Shown one piece after another: positions 58,045 to 64,000 of a stretch of 64,000 nt of DNA. A model generated the notes under the pieces. The model was not told where the DNA came from. It saw nothing but the letters and a program-made list of their open reading frames with translations, and made no database searches. The stretch lies in NCBI RefSeq assembly GCF_009914755.1, contig NC_060934.1. One strand, 5' to 3'. The position numbers and the translations under genes are program-made. The stretch is from the human T2T-CHM13v2.0 reference genome, Homo sapiens. Position 1 is the first letter of the stretch. Each line of letters begins with the position of its first letter.

Positions 58045-58630
58045 TGTGACTATGCTTGATTCCTGATAGGAAAGTTGGGAGGACTTAGAGGATTGCCTTA
58101 GTGGGAGTAAATAAAAGATGGAAGTGAGTTGTGATGGATGTGAGCCTGGAAGGTAAAGAGGGATAGCAGGGATGGTACTCAATTCGAACGGAACAAAACA
58201 GTCAGGTAAAATAACCAGAGTAGTCATGAAGGAACATATTCCCAAATATTGGGAGAAGACAGAGTAGAGATGGGGGTCAAAATTAGAGATTTCTTGTAGA
58301 AAGGCTCCAGAGATAGTTCTTCCCCTGAGCTGGAGTGCCCCTTAGTTAGAGGTTGAGATCCAAGAGGCTGACTGGAGTGGACAATCCCAGGCTGGAGGCA
58401 GGATTCCAAATGGATGATGGAACAAAGAACAAAGAGTTTAAGAATCAAGCAAGACAGCAGCAAACAGAAAGTGATCTCGAAATATTTTCACAAACAGCAT
58501 TGGAGAGTTTTTAACTCTCCTTTACTTGTGAGTGTATACGTAGGCCACAGCAATATCAAGTTGTTTTAAAGTTTCAGAATTAGCTTCAAAACTGTGGGTT
58601 GATGGCCATCTAAAAAGAGGGAGAGGCATC

Positions 58631-59056
58631 TGTATTAGTTACAGTTCTTCAGAGAAAAAGAATTAATAGAATGTGTACATAGAGAGGGAGATCTATTTTA
58701 AGGAACTGGCACACACGATTGTGGAGGCTGGCAAGTCCAAAATCTGCAGAATACACCATCAGGCTGGAGAGAGTCTGAAGACAGTTGGCTGGCAGAATTC
58801 ACGCTTGCTTGGGAGAGTTCAGTCTTTTTCTATTAAGGCTTTTATGTGATTGGATGAGGCCCATTCATATTATAGAGGGTAATGTGCTTTACTCAAAGTG
58901 CACTGATTTAAATGTCAATCTCATCTAAAAAATACCTTCATAGAAACTTCTATACTATGTTTGACTAAGTATCCAGGCATCATAGCCTAACCAAATTGAC
59001 ACATAAAATTAGCCATTATAGCTAATTCGCAATTATAGCCAAAATTAGCCATTATA
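58631..59056 (-). mobile_element. ERVL solo LTR, MLT2 (C/D-like)
   Basis: tgtattagtt..gttcttcagagaaa...ggaggctggcaagtccaaaatctgcag...ttgacacataaaattagccattata; TSD gcatc/tcatc. Confidence 0.88.
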
Positions 59057-59949
59057 TCATCCTAGATTATAACAACACCTCACCTTAGTCAAGAATTGAG
59101 ATTGGAAATATACTGGACATGTATATCCTGAAATGGTGGTTTCTGACTCCTGAATTACATTCAATGACCACTGCTTCCTGTCCTTCCATATCACTGGGAG
59201 GAATTAGCAAAATGCCACTTCCACTTTGCCAATTATACAACTCATTGTGGTCGTCAATTTTTTGATGTTATTTTTTCACTTTCTTTACTCTTCTTCTGTC
59301 CTACACACCACTTTTACCCTGTCAGTATGGTCTATTTTTTATATTGTGTCATAAAAACATGAAGTATCCAACCCCTCTCTCTTTGTTGTTTTTGAATGGA
59401 AAAATTCAAACCTGGTTAGACCTCTCTATATGTCAATTACTGCCAAATATCTATTTCCAGCTCTGACTTTTACTAACAATTTTACCTGATTCCTTAGCAT
59501 TTTCACATGGAAAAAAGGCACTGGAAACGTAAAATGGCCAAAATATAACAACTGATTCCCTCCATAAACTGTCCTTCTTCCATCTTCTCCATGTCAGTAA
59601 AGCCACTATTTGCTATCCGATTGCTCCACCTAAAAATCTTAATTTTTTGATTTTTCTTTTCCCCTCAACCACCACAACAAAATATCACACATATTACCAA
59701 ATTCATTGACTTTTTTTACAACAAATATATTGAATTTATCTACTCCTCTGTACCTCTACTACCATCATTCTGTACATGCCATAATCATCTCTTACCTGGA
59801 TTACTACAATAGTCTCCTAACTAGTCTCCCTTATCCTAGTATTGCCCCTAACTCTTCCTTACCCATTTTTCACTGGGTAGCTAATGGGATCATTAGAAGT
59901 ATAAATCAATGTGGTTGTCATACTTAAAACTCTCCAATTCAATGTCTCA

Positions 59950-61135
59950 TGCATTGATGGTGCAAATGTAAAATAGAATAGCCATTTTGGAATGTGGTTT
60001 AGTAGTTTCTCATAAAGGTAGACATATATTTCTCATAAAACAAGCAATTGCACTCCTAGGTAATTATCGTAGAAAAGTGAAAACTTATATTCACATAAAA
60101 ACATTTATACAAATGCTCATAAAAGCTATGTTTGTAATAGCCAAAAGCTAGAAACAACCAAACATCTTTTAGTGGGTAAGTGGATAAACACACCATGAAG
60201 TAACCATAAAATGGAAAACTATCCAGCAACAAAATGAACTATTAATACATGCAACGACTAGGGTGGATTTAAAGGTGTAAATAAAGTATGTAACATCACT
60301 TTTGATGCTTGGCTGCTGACTCTTTCAAACTCCACTACTCCCTCTTCCTCTCTTGCCCCATATGTGGGCCAGCTGATAAAAAGGCTTGAAGTCTTTCTTT
60401 TAATGCTGGTGGAAAGTTAAAACCACACAAGGTCTGGACTGCACATGGGAACCTACATCCCAGTCCATCTTTCTATCCAATCAACAAAGCCAGTAGCTCC
60501 TTTTTTGTTTGCTCAAGATAGTTCCAGACCCATTTGGAAGCATGCCCTGCTCTCCCCCAAAGCCTCATGATGTGAGCATTAAATGTTTTCATAGCCCTTT
60601 GGTTGATGTGTGGCATTTAAACCAAATTTCAGGTCAATTGTTCTTTTCGTCTCTGTAAGATGAGCATAACAAAAGGACATGATGCTGAGTGAAAAAAAGC
60701 CAACTGCAAAATGTTATATGTTGTGTGAATCCGTGTATATGACTTTGCAGAAATGAAAAACAGTAATGAATAACAGATCAGTACTTGTGACTGTAAAGGG
60801 GTAGCAGGAAGGAGTTTCTTTGTAGTGATAGAACAGTTCTATACCCTGATTGTGGTGTGAGTTATATAAATCCATACATGTGATGTGATTTCACAGTAAT
60901 ACACACACACACACACACATACACTCTACATGTAAAACTGATGAAATCTTGTCTGCAGTTTAGTTACTAGTGTTTTAGTAGTGTTGTATCAATGGACATT
61001 TCTTGGTTTTCACAGTGCGTAGGTAGTATAGTTATGGAAAGCTGCTTGGAAGGCATGCTGGAGCACTGTCTGTATTACTTTGGCGACTTCTTGTAGGCCA
61101 AATTATTTGAAAATAAAAAGTAAGATAAAACAAAC
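59950..61135 (+). mobile_element. L1MC/MD-type 3' end
   Basis: gcaattgcactcctagg...gaaaacttatattcacataaaa...tatttgaaaataaaaag; split by an LTR. Confidence 0.8.
60276..60671 (+). mobile_element. ERVL solo LTR, LTR47-like
   Basis: TG...CA ends with 5-bp TSD aaagg (60271 and 60672); gctgataa.aaag, tgccctgctctcccc.aaagcctcat motifs. Confidence 0.8.
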
Positions 61136-61687
61136 ATTTAAAAATCCTCTTCAATGTTTTCTCATCTTCCTAGAGTCCAATCCAGAACTAGACCTTGAAT
61201 TTTTGACACCCTCAGTCCCTGACTCCCTCCTTAATCTCATCTCCTGCTATTTCTCTCCTTTGCCCACTGAACAGCCACATCAGCCCTCTTCTGTTACCCG
61301 GAGCATGCCAGGCTCAGTCTTAGCTTAGGACCTTTAGAAGAGCTTTTGTCTCTGTCAGGATTATTCTCCTTCTGGATTTTCATGCGGTTCTGGGAGAACA
61401 CTAAAGACAAAATAAAATCACAGAAATTTCTAGCATCATGTCATTTACAGTGCAGGGGAAGAGATGACTATTGATCAAATGATGCTAATAAAAAACACTT
61501 GATAAACACTACAGGCAAGTAGCACATGGTTCTGTGAGCATCAATAGTAAGGAGGCCAGATCTAGTCTGAAGATGCAGTGAAAGCCTCTGTGAAGGAGTG
61601 ACACTTGAGCCGAGATGTGAAGGCTACGCTGAATTTATCTGCGTGAAGAGCAGCAGCAGAGAGCTCCATGTAGAAAGAAGAGCATGT

Positions 61688-61905
61688 CCTCACTTATAAA
61701 TGGGAACTGAATGATGAGAACACATGGACACAATGTGGGTTGGGGGGAGGGTACAACACACACTGGGGCCTGTCTATGGGAGGGAGTGCATCAGGAAAAA
61801 TAGCTAATGGATGCTGGGCTTAGTACCCAGGTGCAGTAAACTGCCCAAGTTCACCTATGTAACAAACCTGCACATCCTGCACATGTAACCCCGAACTTAA
61901 GAGTT
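61688..61905 (+). mobile_element. L1PA10-12-like 3' tip inserted in an antisense L2 (about 61400-62300)
   Basis: gcatcaggaaaaatagctaatggatgctgggctta...cctatgtaacaaacctgcacatcctgcacatgta. Confidence 0.88.
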
Positions 61906-61960
61906 GAAGAGAAAGAAAGAAATAGAGAGAGAGAGAAAGAAAGAAAAAAGAAAGAAAGAA

Positions 61961-62014
<54 letters not shown>

Positions 62015-62110
62015 AAAAGAAAGAAAAGAAAGAAAGGAAGGAAAGAAAAAAGCAAGCAAGCAGACAGGAAGGAAAGAGAGAGAGAGAGGTAAGGAAGGAA
62101 GGAAGGAAGA
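61906..62110 (+). repeat. Compound (GAAA)n/(GA)n/(GGAA)n purine tract derived from the L1 tail
   Basis: About 200 nt almost entirely purine. Confidence 0.95.
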
Positions 62111-63282
62111 TGTACCAAGGTCCTGTGACTGATGGGATGGTGGGTGGAGAGGAAAGAGGAGTGTCACAAGTTGCAGGATAAAATTTAGGGACCTAGGAAG
62201 AAGCCATAACACTTAGAATCTTAAAGACCATATCAAGGATGATTTTGCTATGATCCAGATGACAAAAGACTCCTCATAAGGCTGGCTAGAAACTAAAATT
62301 CCCCACTTAGCAATTCATTCTTTTCAACTTAGAGTCTAAACACATATGGGAGGGAATTATTCTGATGACTTGATGTAAATGATTTCTCTGAAAACAGATT
62401 TTATTCGGGGAGGAGTGAATGCTTTCTCTTACTAAAATCCTGAGCGAAGGAAAGGAAAATACTGGGTGGTTACTTCACACTTCAGTCCATAGAGGCCCTT
62501 ATAGCAATGCCTCAGTGGGAGCAGGAGAGTGACATATCTCCTAGTTGTTCCTAGTGGCCAAAACCTTTCTTCTCTGTGAATGGTAAGGATCACATCTAGG
62601 ACCTGGAGGTCAGAAAGCAGCAGCCCTAGAGCTATCTATGTGTTCAGAAAAACCAGCAAGAGCTCAGGCCAGTGTGATGTGGTGTGTCTGCAGAGCAGCT
62701 GTGGAGCCTGTGTTTTTATACTTTCATAAATTATGTGATACAGGGAACAGCTATTGCTTGGAGCTCCTGAGTATTTGAAAATAAGAGTGACACAAGATTT
62801 GGCTCAAGTTAGCCAGGTTGCTAAGCAATTATGGGCATATTGTGATTCTAGATTTCACCTTCCTCTGTCTCTTCGGGTTCCTTGAAGTGTTACAGTTTCT
62901 TTTATCTTTCGTTTCTCCTGCCCTTCTTCTTGATTTTTCTGTTTCCTCCTATCTTCCTTTTGTCTTTTCCCCTTATTTTGAAAAGGAAAGTCACAGGTGT
63001 TTGACAACCCAGTGCTCCCTGTATATCTTATAGTCCGCAGTTTGATCATCAACAACCAGTTTCCAAATTTTACAGATGGTCACTGTCCACAGGCATAAGA
63101 GTCAGTTATACCTTCAGGAATACCTAGAAGCTTTTTTCTTCCAGTTAGTCCCAGAAAATATAAACCTCCTCTCACTTCATATATCACCCCACGCACCTGT
63201 TTTTCAAACCCCTGCTCTTTTAGATTTTAAGGCCTCTGATGCAATGACAAAATTCATGAGGGTGCCTTGAAAACCAATGGCA

Positions 63283-63595
63283 GGCCAGGCGTCGTGGCTC
63301 ACGCCTGTAATCCCAGCACTTTGGGAGGCCAAGGCAGGCAGATCACGAGGTCAGGAGATAGAGACCATCCTGGCTAACACAGTGAAACCCCGTCTCTACT
63401 AAAAATACAAAAATTTAGCCGGGCGTGGTGGTGGGTGCCCGTAGTCCCAGCTACTTGGGAGGCTGAGGCAGGAGAATGGTGTGAACCTGGGAGGCAGAGC
63501 TAACAGTGAGTCGAGATCGTGCCACTGCATTCCAGCCTGGGTGACAGAGCGAGACTCCGTCTCAAAAAAGAAAAACAAAAAACAAACAAAAAAAA
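63283..63595 (+). mobile_element. AluY-like, full length
   Basis: gatcacgaggtcaggagat.gagaccatcctggctaacac, ggagaatggtgtgaacc; TSD ccaatggca on both sides. Confidence 0.97.
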
Positions 63596-64000
63596 TCCCA
63601 ATGGCAGAGAGAGGCTGCCCCACATGCCCTGGCTGAGACCATCCAGTTCAGCGGGACGGACCTTGTAGGAGTATCACTTCAATGGGTAGGATGTATTTTC
63701 TAGTGCAGTGATTGATTACTTCCTCTATAAATTAAGGAAAACCTCCTTAGCTGAGGAGTGTCTTATTAAGAAGTCTTTCAAGCACTAAATGCTTTCAGCA
63801 TTCTCTGGGCAGTAATGGCATTGCTAAAGTCATGGAAAAATACAGCGCTTCCCTTTGTGACATTAACACCTTCCTAAAAATCAAAAGTTTACTTGCTAAG
63901 GCCACAGCAGAAAGGATTTAAGGCAGTGTCTGCAACTCCAATCAGTAGCCATATCTTCCTTGGTTCTCACTTAGCATGGAATCTTTGAGTTCTTGGAATG

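Larger units (their letters stand above)
59430..61390 (+). mobile_element. L2 host split by an L1 insertion (L2 at about 59430-59940 and about 61140-61390)
   Basis: atctcttacctggattactacaatagtctcctaactagtctccc...cttaaaactctcca, resuming aaaatcctcttcaatg...cttaatctcatctcctg. Confidence 0.75.

Noticed and set aside
61820-62212. Phe/Leu/Ser-rich and Lys/Arg/Glu-rich ORFs
   Set aside because: Low-complexity translation of the (GAAA)n tract
62855-63055. Charged minus-strand ORF with a possible donor AAG/gtgaaa
   Set aside because: Weak acceptor, no recognisable domain, composition explained by purine skew

Overview
AT-rich primate (probably human or other catarrhine, since AluY-like elements are present) intergenic or intronic DNA. 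I see no credible protein-coding gene or RNA gene: the ORF track consists of Alu, L1 and low-complexity artefacts. Well over half of the window is transposon-derived: 8 Alus; many L1s (a nested L1M/L1M/L1PB1 stack at 12.2-21.0 kb, a twin-primed 5'-inverted L1PA7-like element with a perfect 14-bp TSD at 40.05-42.94 kb, a near full-length L1MA2-like element at 45.1-51.4 kb, and a second inverted L1MA with nested AluJ and L1PB4/PA17-like elements at 52.7-56.4 kb); HAL1; ERV1, ERVL and MaLR LTRs; DNA transposons (MER2, MER102, MER63A, MER5, Tigger1 fragment); and MIR/L2 relics. The best non-repeat signal is a CpG-retaining domain at about 21.7-24.4 kb (about 50 CpGs, versus about 12 in the same length at the window start, counted by hand). 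It carries good splice signals, lies next to an LTR16E-like element and is flanked by inverted Alus, making it a candidate germline-hypomethylated promoter or lncRNA exon. Other findings are mechanistic scars: a possible L1 3' transduction of a Tigger1 piece, an orphan L1 fragment, and a Pol-theta-like templated insertion. Repeat subfamily names come from my recall of consensus sequences and need RepeatMasker/Dfam confirmation. I could not identify the locus and cannot support a claim of a new biological system.
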